64,000 nucleotides of DNA from a virus. The position numbers and the translations under genes are program-made. Below the pieces are notes generated by a model. The model had not been told where the DNA came from, did not search any database, and worked only from the letters and a program-made list of their open reading frames with translations. Numbering within the stretch: position 1 is the first letter of the stretch; each line of letters opens with the position of its first letter. The stretch is taken from the IMG/VR virus record IMGVR_UViG_3300017917_003339, positions 1 through 64,000 of that record, one strand, 5' to 3'. Shown here piece after piece: positions 1-9,904 of the stretch.

Positions 1-800
1 ACCATTTCTCTGGTCAACCCGATTTCATCACCAACTTCTTGAAGTGTCATTGGTTGGTAACCATTAAGACCAAAAAGCATTTCCATGATTTTCTTGTTTC
101 TTGGTTTAAGTGTTGACAAGGCAATATTGATTTCTGACTTGATGTCAGTATCACCCAACAAATGGTCGGTTCTATCTGCGTCCTCATCAAACATTAAATC
201 AGAAACACATGTGGCGTTACCCTCATCTGAATGGATTTCTCTATCCAAAGAATCGATAGTCATTCCGTTAAGGCTATCCAACAAACGGAAATCATCTGAT
301 GACATTTCTCTAGAAAATTCAGAGATAACTTCCTCGATGTCAACTCTGTGACAGTTCTTTTGTTCAACAGCTGAAATGTATTTGTTCAACTTTGACAATT
401 CGTTGATACGATTTGCTGGGATACGTACAGTCTTACCGTAGTTAGATACATATTCCATGATTAATTTTCTCACCCACCAAACAGCGAACGAAATGAATTT
501 ATACCCTTTGGTTGGGTCATATTTCTCCACGGCTTTGATAAGACCGATGTTGCCCTCGTTTACCAAGTCTTCCAATGAAATCTTATCAGTGGCGTATTGC
601 TTAGCCACAGAAATTACGAAACGCAAGTTTTTAACCACCAATTCTTCTGAGGCTTCTTTGTCACCATTTACGGCTCTTTCAGCCAACTCAGCTTCTTGTG
701 CTGGTGTTAACATTTCGATTTCACTAACTTCTCTCATGTATTGAACGAAAGAAGAATTTTCTCTACTGGTAATCTTTTGATTGATTTTTAACGCTTTCAT
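1..800 (-). CDS. Sigma-70 family RNA polymerase sigma factor (Bacteroidota RpoD-like), 3' end outside window
   Basis: Missing from ORF track; manual translation MKALKINQKITSRENSSFVQYMREV...NLRFVISVAKQY...DLVNEGNIGLIKAVEKYD...FISFAVWWVR (region 2)...MTLQEVGDEIGLTREMV (region 4.2). Confidence 0.93.
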   Translation of the reverse strand, partial: MKALKINQKITSRENSSFVQYMREVSEIEMLTPAQEAELAERAVNGDKEASEELVVKNLRFVISVAKQYATDKISLEDLVNEGNIGLIKAVEKYDPTKGYKFISFAVWWVRKLIMEYVSNYGKTVRIPANRINELSKLNKYISAVEQKNCHRVDIEEVISEFSREMSSDDFRLLDSLNGMTIDSLDREIHSDEGNATCVSDLMFDEDADRTDHLLGDTDIKSEINIALSTLKPRNKKIMEMLFGLNGYQPMTLQEVGDEIGLTREM

Positions 801-845
801 ATACTGTAATTTTAATTATTATGGGGCAAAGATAATACTTTATTT

Positions 846-1304
846 TTATTCTCCAAAACTTTTTTTCAAAGTTTTTTTCATGTCTCGGTCTAAGTCTTTT
901 TCTTTTATAGCTAATGACTTGTCTCTCACGTTTTTACCCTTAGCAAGACCGACAATAATTTTTATAAGACCCTTGTCGTTTAACACAATTTGTAAGGGAA
1001 CTATTGTTAAACCTTTCTCACCAACTTTCTGACCGAGGCGTTCAATTTCAATTTTTTTGGCCAACAGCTTTCTATCTCTGTTAGTGTCGTGGACGTAATT
1101 CTTAACACCACCGTTGTGTGGTGCCACATACATGCCCTTAACAAACAATTCACCCTCAGATATGTAGCAATAAGCCTCACTGATAGATGTTCTAGAATCT
1201 TTTATTGGTCTTATTTCAGAACCCTTTAATTGAATCCCGCATGAGAGTGTGTCAAGTATTTGGTATTCATAATACGCTTTACGATTCGATATTAGTGTTT
1301 TCAT
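846..1304 (-). CDS. smpB: SsrA-binding protein SmpB
   Basis: NRKAYYEY...GIQLKGSEI...RDRKLL...GLTIVPL...GLAKGK motifs. Confidence 0.93.
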   Translation of the reverse strand: MKTLISNRKAYYEYQILDTLSCGIQLKGSEIRPIKDSRTSISEAYCYISEGELFVKGMYVAPHNGGVKNYVHDTNRDRKLLAKKIEIERLGQKVGEKGLTIVPLQIVLNDKGLIKIIVGLAKGKNVRDKSLAIKEKDLDRDMKKTLKKSFGE

Positions 1305-1758
1305 GTTTCTTTATAATTTTGGTTGATATATAGATTAAATCTATCGTTTTTACTTTTACTATAACATCCTTACGCCCATCCCTCTGATACAACTCGTATG
1401 GGTCTTTTACTTTCCCCACTTTTTTACCAGTCATTTTGGTTCTCATAAAGTCTTGTAATTTTAGTTTGTCAACTAAAATCCAATAATCTTCTGTTTCAAA
1501 AGCAAAGTAATCAGCTTCACCATATAACCAAGACAATTTTCCATGAACGTTTTTAATTTCGACCCAATGGAAATTCTCGTTATAAACAGTATCGTAGCGA
1601 TTTTCTTTTTTGATTGCTTTTACATCAATCTTTGTTGTTAGTTTCAAATCCCAATGTTCATACATGTCTTGTTCTTTGGTGGATGGTGTGACATTGGTGA
1701 AAAGGTTTGCAAACTCAGCTTCGCTTAATTTGCCAATAATAAATTCTTTATTGTTCAT
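1279..1758 (-). CDS. Phage protein, possible PD-(D/E)XK nuclease fold
   Basis: D...IDVK...E motif pattern; overlaps neighbours in tight operon. Confidence 0.45.
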   Translation of the reverse strand: MNNKEFIIGKLSEAEFANLFTNVTPSTKEQDMYEHWDLKLTTKIDVKAIKKENRYDTVYNENFHWVEIKNVHGKLSWLYGEADYFAFETEDYWILVDKLKLQDFMRTKMTGKKVGKVKDPYELYQRDGRKDVIVKVKTIDLIYISTKIIKKHENTNIES

Positions 1759-2461
1759 TGTTTAAAATAATCTTTCTGGCTAACGGTTCACCATTTTGAA
1801 TCACCAAATATTCATTACTGGTCCCAAGACAATCAATAGCTATGACATTTCCAGCCATATGCATTTGTCGAACAGTAGTGTGACCAACAACGTATGTAAA
1901 CCCCTTGACCATATTTCTGAGCAAAGATGGAATTCTAACCCAGATTGGTGATTGGGTTACATCATCACCGCTTCGGTCAAGATTTTCACCATATTCAAAT
2001 CTGAACGCTTCCATGTTTTTCATAAACTTAACGTTTACAGATTCTTCAATGTTATACAAGTCAATTTCGTTGTTCTCAACCCAAGTTTGTGTTAGTCCAG
2101 CATGTGAAAAAATGTATTCATCAAACACGTGACACACTTGCAAGTGACCAGAAGTCAAAGCTGGTTGCAATACTTCGTTAATATCCATTGCAGCATACTG
2201 TTGATAACCTGAATAGGTTTCACCACATCCTTTAAGATAATGAAAGTCATGGTTGCCGATAAGCAAGAATACTTTGTCTGGGTTGGCTTTTTTAAATTCT
2301 AGAATTTCTTTGAAGTTTTGAATTTGAGTAGATGCGTCGATACCGTCTCTGGTGTCAAAGTAATCACCAATAAAAATAAATTTGTCAAAGTCTTCTTCAA
2401 CCTTGACAATTTGTTTCCATATATCACGACCATGTGTATCGCCTAAAGCAACAATTTTCAT
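1748..2461 (-). CDS. Calcineurin-like metallophosphoesterase
   Basis: GDTHG, GDYFD, GNHD, HAG, GHT motifs; start moved to MKIVALGD. Confidence 0.88.
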   Translation of the reverse strand: MKIVALGDTHGRDIWKQIVKVEEDFDKFIFIGDYFDTRDGIDASTQIQNFKEILEFKKANPDKVFLLIGNHDFHYLKGCGETYSGYQQYAAMDINEVLQPALTSGHLQVCHVFDEYIFSHAGLTQTWVENNEIDLYNIEESVNVKFMKNMEAFRFEYGENLDRSGDDVTQSPIWVRIPSLLRNMVKGFTYVVGHTTVRQMHMAGNVIAIDCLGTSNEYLVIQNGEPLARKIILNNEQ

Positions 2462-2554
2462 ATTCAGTACTATTTTTTGCAAATATACTAAATAAAATGA
2501 AAAAAATCAATTTTTTTTTAATATTTTTTAAAACAATTAAACTATTGGGGTAAA

Positions 2555-2710
2555 TTAATTGTATGTCCAGTTTGATGAATCATTGTGGTTATCTAATTCG
2601 ATATTATGATGATGACCATGGTGTTTGTCCTTTTTGTTATTTCTAACAATACTCATGATTCTATTTTTGATTTTGTATGTCTTTTGAATTATGTTTACAA
2701 TTTTTTTCAT
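2555..2710 (-). CDS. Small His-rich hypothetical protein (51 aa)
   Basis: Manual translation MKKIVNIIQK...KHHGHHHNIELD...; follows glycosyltransferase. Confidence 0.4.
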   Translation of the reverse strand: MKKIVNIIQKTYKIKNRIMSIVRNNKKDKHHGHHHNIELDNHNDSSNWTYN

Positions 2711-2714
2711 GTTT

Positions 2715-3743
2715 TTAATTTTTTAATTTTAATAACCATTGTAATTTGGCTTTAATGTTATATAAATTCAAACTAAAACTTTGTAACCATGTGATAAACT
2801 TTCTATATTTGTAAGCGAATTTTAGTTTTTTAACAATACCTTCATGTGAGGTAGGTGACACTTTCATTATCCATGGCATCCAACTTATATCATCAGAAGC
2901 CACTATTGGAACCTTAGCTGTAACAAAATCAGCTGTTACAATATTGAAAGATTCCGAGAAAGATACTTGCATTCCGATATCCATTTTAGAAGCAACTTCT
3001 AAAAATTCAGCGTGTTTGTACCATCTATGTTCAATCAATTCATGTTTAGAATGTTCAAACAACGCTCGAATATTTTTTAACACATTATCCCCAGATTGTT
3101 CAGTTCTAGTTCCATTGATATGGAATCTTAATTTTTTACCAATAAGCTCAGCAAATTCAATAGCCGCCATTGCTTGTTGGTATGTATTTTTCATTGGTCT
3201 AATAGCACCGAAAGAACCAATATCAACGTGGTCATTACTTTTCACATGCTCTTTTGGTGTGAATGGTTTTGCTTTATAAATATTAGGTAAAAAGATAAAC
3301 TTACCTTCTGGGAAACAGTAACTTAACTGTTCCGTTAGTTCAGTTGTGTTAGGAGCTATTTCAATTTTCAAATCATCGATAGAAGCATATTGTTTAATCC
3401 ATCTAGTTGCGATACCTTCATTGGCCAAAAATGGCGCTTTTGAATGTAACCTTACTATCCATCTTCTGTTCTTGTGTCTTTGGATTTGAAATAATTCTTT
3501 GAATTTTGCTGGTGGAACCCATATGGCCTCAATTATAACTACATCTGGATTGAATTTAGTAACAACCTTGTCGATAGCATTTGAGTCAACAACTGGGGTG
3601 ATTTTGGCATCAAAATCATTTTCATTTAGATAATTAACAACAAAACTAGCAGAATTAAATAACCCAGAAGTGACACCATAAGTGTCTTTTACTCTGTCAC
3701 ATGTTATAAATTGTATACGTTTTTTTGGTCTTTTTTCTTCCAT
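2715..3743 (-). CDS. Glycosyltransferase (GT-B/GT4-like)
   Basis: FGAIRPMKN and SFSESFNIVTAD...VPIVAS GT-B motifs; ATATTTAT motif upstream. Confidence 0.7.
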   Translation of the reverse strand: MEEKRPKKRIQFITCDRVKDTYGVTSGLFNSASFVVNYLNENDFDAKITPVVDSNAIDKVVTKFNPDVVIIEAIWVPPAKFKELFQIQRHKNRRWIVRLHSKAPFLANEGIATRWIKQYASIDDLKIEIAPNTTELTEQLSYCFPEGKFIFLPNIYKAKPFTPKEHVKSNDHVDIGSFGAIRPMKNTYQQAMAAIEFAELIGKKLRFHINGTRTEQSGDNVLKNIRALFEHSKHELIEHRWYKHAEFLEVASKMDIGMQVSFSESFNIVTADFVTAKVPIVASDDISWMPWIMKVSPTSHEGIVKKLKFAYKYRKFITWLQSFSLNLYNIKAKLQWLLKLKN

Positions 3744-3820
3744 GATTGTTGTTTAATAATAAATATATAAACAACGTCTAAACTAGTATTTTTTTTATGT
3801 TAATTTTGTAGAATTTTTTG

Positions 3821-3915
3821 TGGCTAGGGCAGGGCTCGAACCTGCGACCTCTCTTTGCTTTTAACAATGTTATTACGTCTAATAACGAGCGCTCTACCAA
3901 CTGAGCTACCTAGCC
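3821..3915 (-). ncRNA. tRNA-like RNA with a branched, anticodon-less arm
   Basis: GGCTAGG/CCTAGCC acceptor, canonical D and T arms; anticodon arm replaced by two hairpins (GTTATTA-GACG-TAATAAC and TTG..CAA). Confidence 0.75.
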
Positions 3916-4153
3916 GTTTTCTAGTCTATTCCCAGTGTCAACCATGGCAGTAAAGTGTTCTAGACCACTTTTGTCAATTACCTATTGCTAGGGACTTAAC
4001 CGTTGGATTTCTTGCGGCCAATATTAGGGTCTTCACCTAAAAGAGACTCTTGTTCTCGGAAACCACTTGTGCTTCCATCGCCTTTTGCGACTCTTGACCT
4101 AATTGTGATGCAAATATACTAACTTTTTAATCTAAAGTCAAATTTTCACCAAA

Positions 4154-4807
4154 TTATTTTTTAATTTCAACCACAATTGGTTTATTTTGAACGTTGTAGT
4201 TGAAGTTTAGCGTTGATGCGTTGACAAACACACCACCATCTGGGAACTCAAATTTACCATAAGCCTCATGTATGTGACCACACACAAACAATTTTAAGTT
4301 TGTCATTTCAGCTGACTTCTCCAACAGATAAGGACAACCAGTAGATACACCTCTTAGAGTCAAATCCAAGATACCTTTCATTGGTCCGTGTGTAATAAGA
4401 ACATCAGTGTCAAGCGGTATCATATCCCAATGTCTGCAAATGTCAGTACCCATTCTGTTGAAAGCCCAATCGTAGAACCATGGTTGAACTGGTGAACCCC
4501 AGAACTTTACGCCATCGATTTCAACACCACTATCATTTAGATAAGTAATGTTTGGGTACTTTTCTTGAAGCATTTCATTAACAACAAAACCAGTTGTCTT
4601 TTCAAACCAGAAATCATGATTCCCAGCGATAAAAATTTTATGTGTGTATGGTAATTCATTGAACCATTCTAAGAAGGCTTCAATTTCTTTAAAGCTACCT
4701 CTTCCTGACACATCACCAGCGTGTACCAACACATCCCCACCTTCTAACCAATCAGGTGGGATGTGCAAGTGTTGATTATGTGTATCGCTTATGCAAGTTA
4801 TTTTCAT
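4154..4807 (-). CDS. Metallophosphoesterase (MPPED/239FB-like)
   Basis: SDTH, HAGD, AGNHD, THGP, GHIHE. Confidence 0.9.
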   Translation of the reverse strand: MKITCISDTHNQHLHIPPDWLEGGDVLVHAGDVSGRGSFKEIEAFLEWFNELPYTHKIFIAGNHDFWFEKTTGFVVNEMLQEKYPNITYLNDSGVEIDGVKFWGSPVQPWFYDWAFNRMGTDICRHWDMIPLDTDVLITHGPMKGILDLTLRGVSTGCPYLLEKSAEMTNLKLFVCGHIHEAYGKFEFPDGGVFVNASTLNFNYNVQNKPIVVEIKK

Positions 4808-6024
4808 TACGAAAAGTTTTCATTTATGTCGAATGAACCACCAGAACCTGAACCTGAGAAGTCACCACCCCCAAATCCTTCTTTAAATGATTCATCGTTA
4901 TTATTTAACGCATCACCAACAATGGCGCCTAGTGGGTTTCCACCTACCATAGTCCCAATCATTGCTGAATCTGTAATGTAACCAATCATTGCTGATTCAA
5001 CAAAAGAATCATCGTTGTTTACTCTTACATTTGTTGTTTGAGTTTGACCAGTGTTTTCTCTATGTTTGAAATAACTTTTAACATAGGTATCGTCTTCGGC
5101 CACATACAAACCATTCTCATCTTTCTTGTTAATGGTCTTAGCAATCGGTGTGAACTCAGTAATGCGTTTTAAGTATTGTCTATTTTCAAGAGCACCATGC
5201 CAAATGTGGTACAAGTCACCTTCAACGTATCCCAATTTACCCTTGGTCTTTTTAAAGAATTTTTTAGACCATTTGTTTACAGCGTCAATGTCTTCGGTAA
5301 ACGATTTTGTAATACACTTATGACACAAGTGACCAGCAGCAGCGTGTGCTATGATGTGGTCAGCCCCACCAACAAGCGCTTTGTCATACAAAGGCATTTC
5401 GTCTAATAGACTTCTTTTAGCTCCCCATGCAAAACCAACGTGACCGTGTTTGTCATAGTTATGGTCATCAGAATAGTTTGTGTTTACGTAGTTAGCAGCA
5501 AAGCTTGTCCACATTCTTGGGTGGCGATGGCTTGTTGCTGTTAAATATCTGTAAGAGTCCAAATTAAAATCTGGTTCGAATTGGTCCTTTTCCAAGTGAA
5601 CGCAGTATTCAAACAGTTGAACGATACGATTTTTCTGTAATTGTTCAACGGCATCAACTAACCATCTTTTGTTTGTGAACAACACATCAGCATCAACCCA
5701 CATTACGTATTTAAACGAAGCTGGCAATTTTTTAATCAAACCATTTAACAATGTTTCTTTGTGCCAAAGAGTTGTCTGTGTATGTACAAGACTAAAGTTA
5801 GGGTTTGTATGGTCCAACTCTGGTTCATCATCACCAATAACACATTCAACAATTCTGTGATTCAAATGCTTGATTGATTCATAAAACTTGTTAAAAGCAA
5901 TCAAACGATAAGGATTTTTTTCTGGGTTGAAGTAACAAGCTACAATAACAGCCTCTGGATGGTTTACATATCCGTTATTGGTTACGCTAAGGAAAAGATT
6001 TTTGATTAATTGGAATATTCTCAT
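4807..6024 (-). CDS. Glycosyltransferase-like protein (GT-A, DAD motif) with Gly-rich C-terminal tail
   Basis: WHKETLLN...WVDADV...HIWHG; tail GFGGGDFSGSGSGGSF. Confidence 0.55.
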   Translation of the reverse strand: MRIFQLIKNLFLSVTNNGYVNHPEAVIVACYFNPEKNPYRLIAFNKFYESIKHLNHRIVECVIGDDEPELDHTNPNFSLVHTQTTLWHKETLLNGLIKKLPASFKYVMWVDADVLFTNKRWLVDAVEQLQKNRIVQLFEYCVHLEKDQFEPDFNLDSYRYLTATSHRHPRMWTSFAANYVNTNYSDDHNYDKHGHVGFAWGAKRSLLDEMPLYDKALVGGADHIIAHAAAGHLCHKCITKSFTEDIDAVNKWSKKFFKKTKGKLGYVEGDLYHIWHGALENRQYLKRITEFTPIAKTINKKDENGLYVAEDDTYVKSYFKHRENTGQTQTTNVRVNNDDSFVESAMIGYITDSAMIGTMVGGNPLGAIVGDALNNNDESFKEGFGGGDFSGSGSGGSFDINENFS

Positions 6025-6185
6025 TTTGTTTTTATTTTAAATTCTTCGCAAAGATACCAAAAGAATTTTAATCTTCCAAACAAATTTATGAATTATTTTT
6101 CTTTTCTTTTTCTTCTTTTAGTTGCATGTATATCGTTTTACTACCCTTAAATCGAGTTGAAGCTCCGAACTCTCTTATGTGAGTC

Positions 6186-6998
6186 TTAGTTGTCCCACTG
6201 GCGTCTAAGTGTTTGTATTCCATATTCAAAAGTTGATGGGTTGTTACTCATTAAGCGTTCTGACGCTCTTTCCACAGCGCCATCATACCATACGTCGTAA
6301 CGTTTCATTATGTATTCATAGATACTTGGTGATTGACTACCAAAAATAGATTCAATCTTAGGTCTAGTTAACTCACCATGACCAATCCATGTGACTTTCC
6401 AGTTTCTTGGACCCAATGTTACAACTAGCTGACTGAACAAATCATTTATCTTTTCATCAATCACAGTATCTTTATACCATGTTAACAAATACTCGTTGGC
6501 ATATTCTCGTTGTTGGAACCCTTCAAACTTCAATTCGTTTTCAAAATCTGAAATAGCCTTGTCAAAAGATAATCTATCTGAATCAACCTTTTTTAGGTAT
6601 TGAATATGCTTTTCCAACTTAGGTAACAAAACGGCTTGATTGTAATAGTCTGACAAGTATTCTAAAATAAAAGACTTTTTGTATTTTTCAGAATCACCAA
6701 ATTTTTTCAATAACTCCTCTGAAATCTTAACAAACCCCTTATTCAAATTTTGTTTTTTAACAAAATCATCCAAGTCTTTTACAAGTTTTCCTTTTTGGTC
6801 GGTTATCCACTCACTTACAATGTTGTATGTGCTGTGTTCACCACCACCAAAGTCTCCTAGAATCAGTCTTAATTCAGAATGAAACGCATCAATAGATAAT
6901 GTTTTGTTTTCTACTTTATCATAAATTTTAAATTGGTCCGACAATTGAACAACATAATTTCTATTTACAAAATTCGTAATAATCTTTTTATCAGTCAT
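6186..6998 (-). CDS. Hypothetical protein
   Basis: 270-aa ORF on coding strand. Confidence 0.6.
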   Translation of the reverse strand: MTDKKIITNFVNRNYVVQLSDQFKIYDKVENKTLSIDAFHSELRLILGDFGGGEHSTYNIVSEWITDQKGKLVKDLDDFVKKQNLNKGFVKISEELLKKFGDSEKYKKSFILEYLSDYYNQAVLLPKLEKHIQYLKKVDSDRLSFDKAISDFENELKFEGFQQREYANEYLLTWYKDTVIDEKINDLFSQLVVTLGPRNWKVTWIGHGELTRPKIESIFGSQSPSIYEYIMKRYDVWYDGAVERASERLMSNNPSTFEYGIQTLRRQWDN

Positions 6999-7046
6999 AT
7001 ATCTAATTTTTACCCAATATAGTAATTTTATGTGTAAAAATAAATA

Positions 7047-9026
7047 TTAAAGATTGATTAAAGATAAATTTATGTTCTTTTTTTCAATGTCTACACTAGA
7101 TACAATTACATGAACCATATCACCAAGTCTAATTTTGTGACCTGTGTTGTAACCCTTGATACAATGGTTATTCACATCAGCTTGATACGTATCCCCTTGT
7201 ACCTCAGACAACTTGATAAGTCCCTCACACTTGTTTTCAAGTATCTCAACAAAGATACCGTACTCAGTAACCGAACTCACGATTCCCTTGAATACTTTGC
7301 CAATGTTATCATTCATGTAAACACATTGCATGAATTTGATTGAATCTCTTTCAGCCTTTTGAGCCTTTTGTTCTCTGGCCGACAAGTGTTGACACTTGGT
7401 TTCAAGCTTCTCAATCTTTGGCAGCGTTGGTTTGTTTTCCAAATACAAACTAAGCAATCTGTGAACGATTACGTCTGGATAACGTCTGATTGGACTGGTA
7501 AAGTGGCTGTAGTCTTTGAATCCAAGACCGTAGTGACCAATGTTCTTTGTAGAATAGTTGGCTTTCTGCATGGTTCTTACAACCAAGTTGTTAATCATGT
7601 CTTCCTCAGCAGTTCCTCTTACATCAATCAATAACTGATTAAGAGACCTTGTGGTTTCCTCTGGTGTGTCTATGCGTATGTCATATCCAAACTGTGAAAT
7701 AAACTCTTTTAAAGAGGCTAATTTTACTTCGTTTGGTTTGTCATGGGCTCTGTTTACGTTAGGCAACCCTCGGCTGTTTATGTATTGGGCAACGTGTCTG
7801 TTTGCCAACAACATAAATTCCTCAATCAACTTGTTTGAGTCTTTGGCAACCTTGAAGTGAATACCAATTGGCTTGTTGTTTTCATCCAACTTGAACTTAA
7901 CCTCTTGCTTGTCAAAGGAAATTGAACCTCTCTTTGAACGAGTCTTACGCATTCTCTGAGCTATCTTATTTAACAGTCTAACAGCATCAAACATTTTCTT
8001 TACTTCCGTAGCATATCTCATACTACTATCAATATTCATGTTTTTTATAAATTCAAAATCAGATATGTCAGTTTCCCATTTACCTTCCGATTCAATAATT
8101 GTTTGCGCTTCTTCGTATGTAAGTCTACAATCAGAGTTTATTACAGTTCTACCGAACCATTCTTCCAACACATGACCGTTTTGGTCAATCTTAAACACCG
8201 CTGAGAAACACAACTTGTCCTCGTTAGGTCTAAGACTACACAATCCATTAGACAAGTTCTCAGGAAGCATTGGAACACATCTGTCAACTAGATACACACT
8301 GGTACCTCTGGCAAACGCTTCTTTATCCAACTGTGTATCTGGTCGCAAGTAATGTGATACGTCAGCAATGTGAACACCAACATACAATTCACCGTCAACC
8401 CATTCAACACTCAACGCGTCATCAAAGTCTTTAGCATCCGCTGGGTCAATGGTAAACGTCAATACGTTACGCATATCTCTGCGCTTGTCAATCTCAGCTT
8501 GTGTGATTTCTGTTGGGATTGCTCTAGCCTCAGCCAATACTTCTTCATCAAAGTCGTATGGCAACCCATATTCTTCAAGAATACTGTGGATTTCAGTTTC
8601 GTGTTCACCAGCTTCACCCAACACCTTAACAACTTCACCGTTAGGGTTCTTGGCATCATCTTTCCATTCAGTAAGTCTAACCACAACCTTTTGCCCATCC
8701 TCAGCGTTATTAATCGCGTTTAATGGAATATAAAAGTCAACTGGTAGTTTGTTACTATCAGGGATAAAAAATGCGAATTTGGGACTTATTTGAAGCGTAC
8801 CCACAAACTCTGTTCTGAATCGTTCAACGATTTCAATTACTTCACCTTCCATTGCACGACCAACACCTTCTTTCACACGGATTTTAACTTTATCCAAGTG
8901 CAATGCTTTGTTGGTGTTAGACTTGTGAATGTAGATGTCTTTTGGTAGGTTTGGGTCAGTCAAGTATGCTGAACCACTGGCGTTTACACTAATTCTTCCT
9001 TCTAAAATATCTCCTATGTTAATCAT
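7047..9026 (-). CDS. rnr: Ribonuclease R (RNB family)
   Basis: TIDPADAKDFDDALS, HIADVSHY, IEEFMLLAN, HFTSPIRRYPD, C-terminal S1 domain. Confidence 0.95.
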   Translation of the reverse strand: MINIGDILEGRISVNASGSAYLTDPNLPKDIYIHKSNTNKALHLDKVKIRVKEGVGRAMEGEVIEIVERFRTEFVGTLQISPKFAFFIPDSNKLPVDFYIPLNAINNAEDGQKVVVRLTEWKDDAKNPNGEVVKVLGEAGEHETEIHSILEEYGLPYDFDEEVLAEARAIPTEITQAEIDKRRDMRNVLTFTIDPADAKDFDDALSVEWVDGELYVGVHIADVSHYLRPDTQLDKEAFARGTSVYLVDRCVPMLPENLSNGLCSLRPNEDKLCFSAVFKIDQNGHVLEEWFGRTVINSDCRLTYEEAQTIIESEGKWETDISDFEFIKNMNIDSSMRYATEVKKMFDAVRLLNKIAQRMRKTRSKRGSISFDKQEVKFKLDENNKPIGIHFKVAKDSNKLIEEFMLLANRHVAQYINSRGLPNVNRAHDKPNEVKLASLKEFISQFGYDIRIDTPEETTRSLNQLLIDVRGTAEEDMINNLVVRTMQKANYSTKNIGHYGLGFKDYSHFTSPIRRYPDVIVHRLLSLYLENKPTLPKIEKLETKCQHLSAREQKAQKAERDSIKFMQCVYMNDNIGKVFKGIVSSVTEYGIFVEILENKCEGLIKLSEVQGDTYQADVNNHCIKGYNTGHKIRLGDMVHVIVSSVDIEKKNINLSLINL

Positions 9027-9309
9027 AAATTTCTACTACTTTTCCATAGACTTGTTTGGTCCAACCATTAACAAATCCTTGATTATTACTAATTTGGCAA
9101 CCTCTTTTGTCATTCTTAGCAGTTACTAGGTGAGTATAAAACTTACCCTTTACCTTGCAGTAAACGATGTCATCAACTTCTACAGACTCCCACGTTGCTG
9201 GTTCCAGCTTGTGTTTCTGTCCAGATTTGATTAGAGGCAGCATTGAGTTTCCTTTTTCACTGGTAGTCACCGTTCCACCACTCAATAATATTTCTAATTT
9301 CTTATTCAT
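9019..9309 (-). CDS. S24/S26 peptidase-like small protein
   Basis: GNSMLPLIKSG...DIVYCK...HLV. Confidence 0.55.
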   Translation of the reverse strand: MNKKLEILLSGGTVTTSEKGNSMLPLIKSGQKHKLEPATWESVEVDDIVYCKVKGKFYTHLVTAKNDKRGCQISNNQGFVNGWTKQVYGKVVEIYD

Positions 9310-9346
9310 ATTGCAAAAATACTTAATTTTTTTGTTATTACCAATA

Positions 9347-9372
9347 AAAAAACCCACTAATTTTTAGTGGGC
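9347..9372 (-). terminator. Rho-independent terminator
   Basis: GCCCACTAA..TTAGTGGGT hairpin followed by T-run on minus strand. Confidence 0.65.
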
Positions 9373-9378
9373 TGTTTA

Positions 9379-9900
9379 TCAGTGCCTTGTTGAAGGTACA
9401 ACGTTTATGTTAAAATCGTTAAGTCTGCCTGACTCAACCTTATCATCACCCCACGCTTGGAAGATTGGAATGTGTTCTTCCCTATCATCCCATAATTCAA
9501 CCTCTTTGATTGATGGGTGTTGTTGAAGAATCTGGTCAAAGGTTTTCTTCTTTGCAGATTCTGTGCTACCACCTCTGTTAAAGTGATATTCGTGGAACTT
9601 AAGTCCATGTCTATCAAGGATGTCTTTAACCAAATCAGTTAATTTAACCATTCTACCAGTAACCATAACAACCATGGTGTTAGGGTCTTGAATTTCTTTT
9701 TTGTAATCTCTGATTACGCTTGGTATTGTTGGCATGTCAAACACTTGCATGTCAAGGCTCATGGGTTGTCCCCACCATCCAGCATGTGGCCAATCCTTGC
9801 CAGTTTTTTGTTTGTATGTTTTTTTACCGTCTTCTGGTAGCGGTGTGTCTACAAGCGTTCCGTCAAAGTCAAATACCGCTAATTTTGTAAATTTTTTCAT
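9379..9900 (-). CDS. HAD-family phosphatase (Swiss-Army-Knife RNA repair-like)
   Basis: FDFDGTL, TGR, WDDR motifs. Confidence 0.75.
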   Translation of the reverse strand: MKKFTKLAVFDFDGTLVDTPLPEDGKKTYKQKTGKDWPHAGWWGQPMSLDMQVFDMPTIPSVIRDYKKEIQDPNTMVVMVTGRMVKLTDLVKDILDRHGLKFHEYHFNRGGSTESAKKKTFDQILQQHPSIKEVELWDDREEHIPIFQAWGDDKVESGRLNDFNINVVPSTRH

Positions 9901-9904
9901 AATT

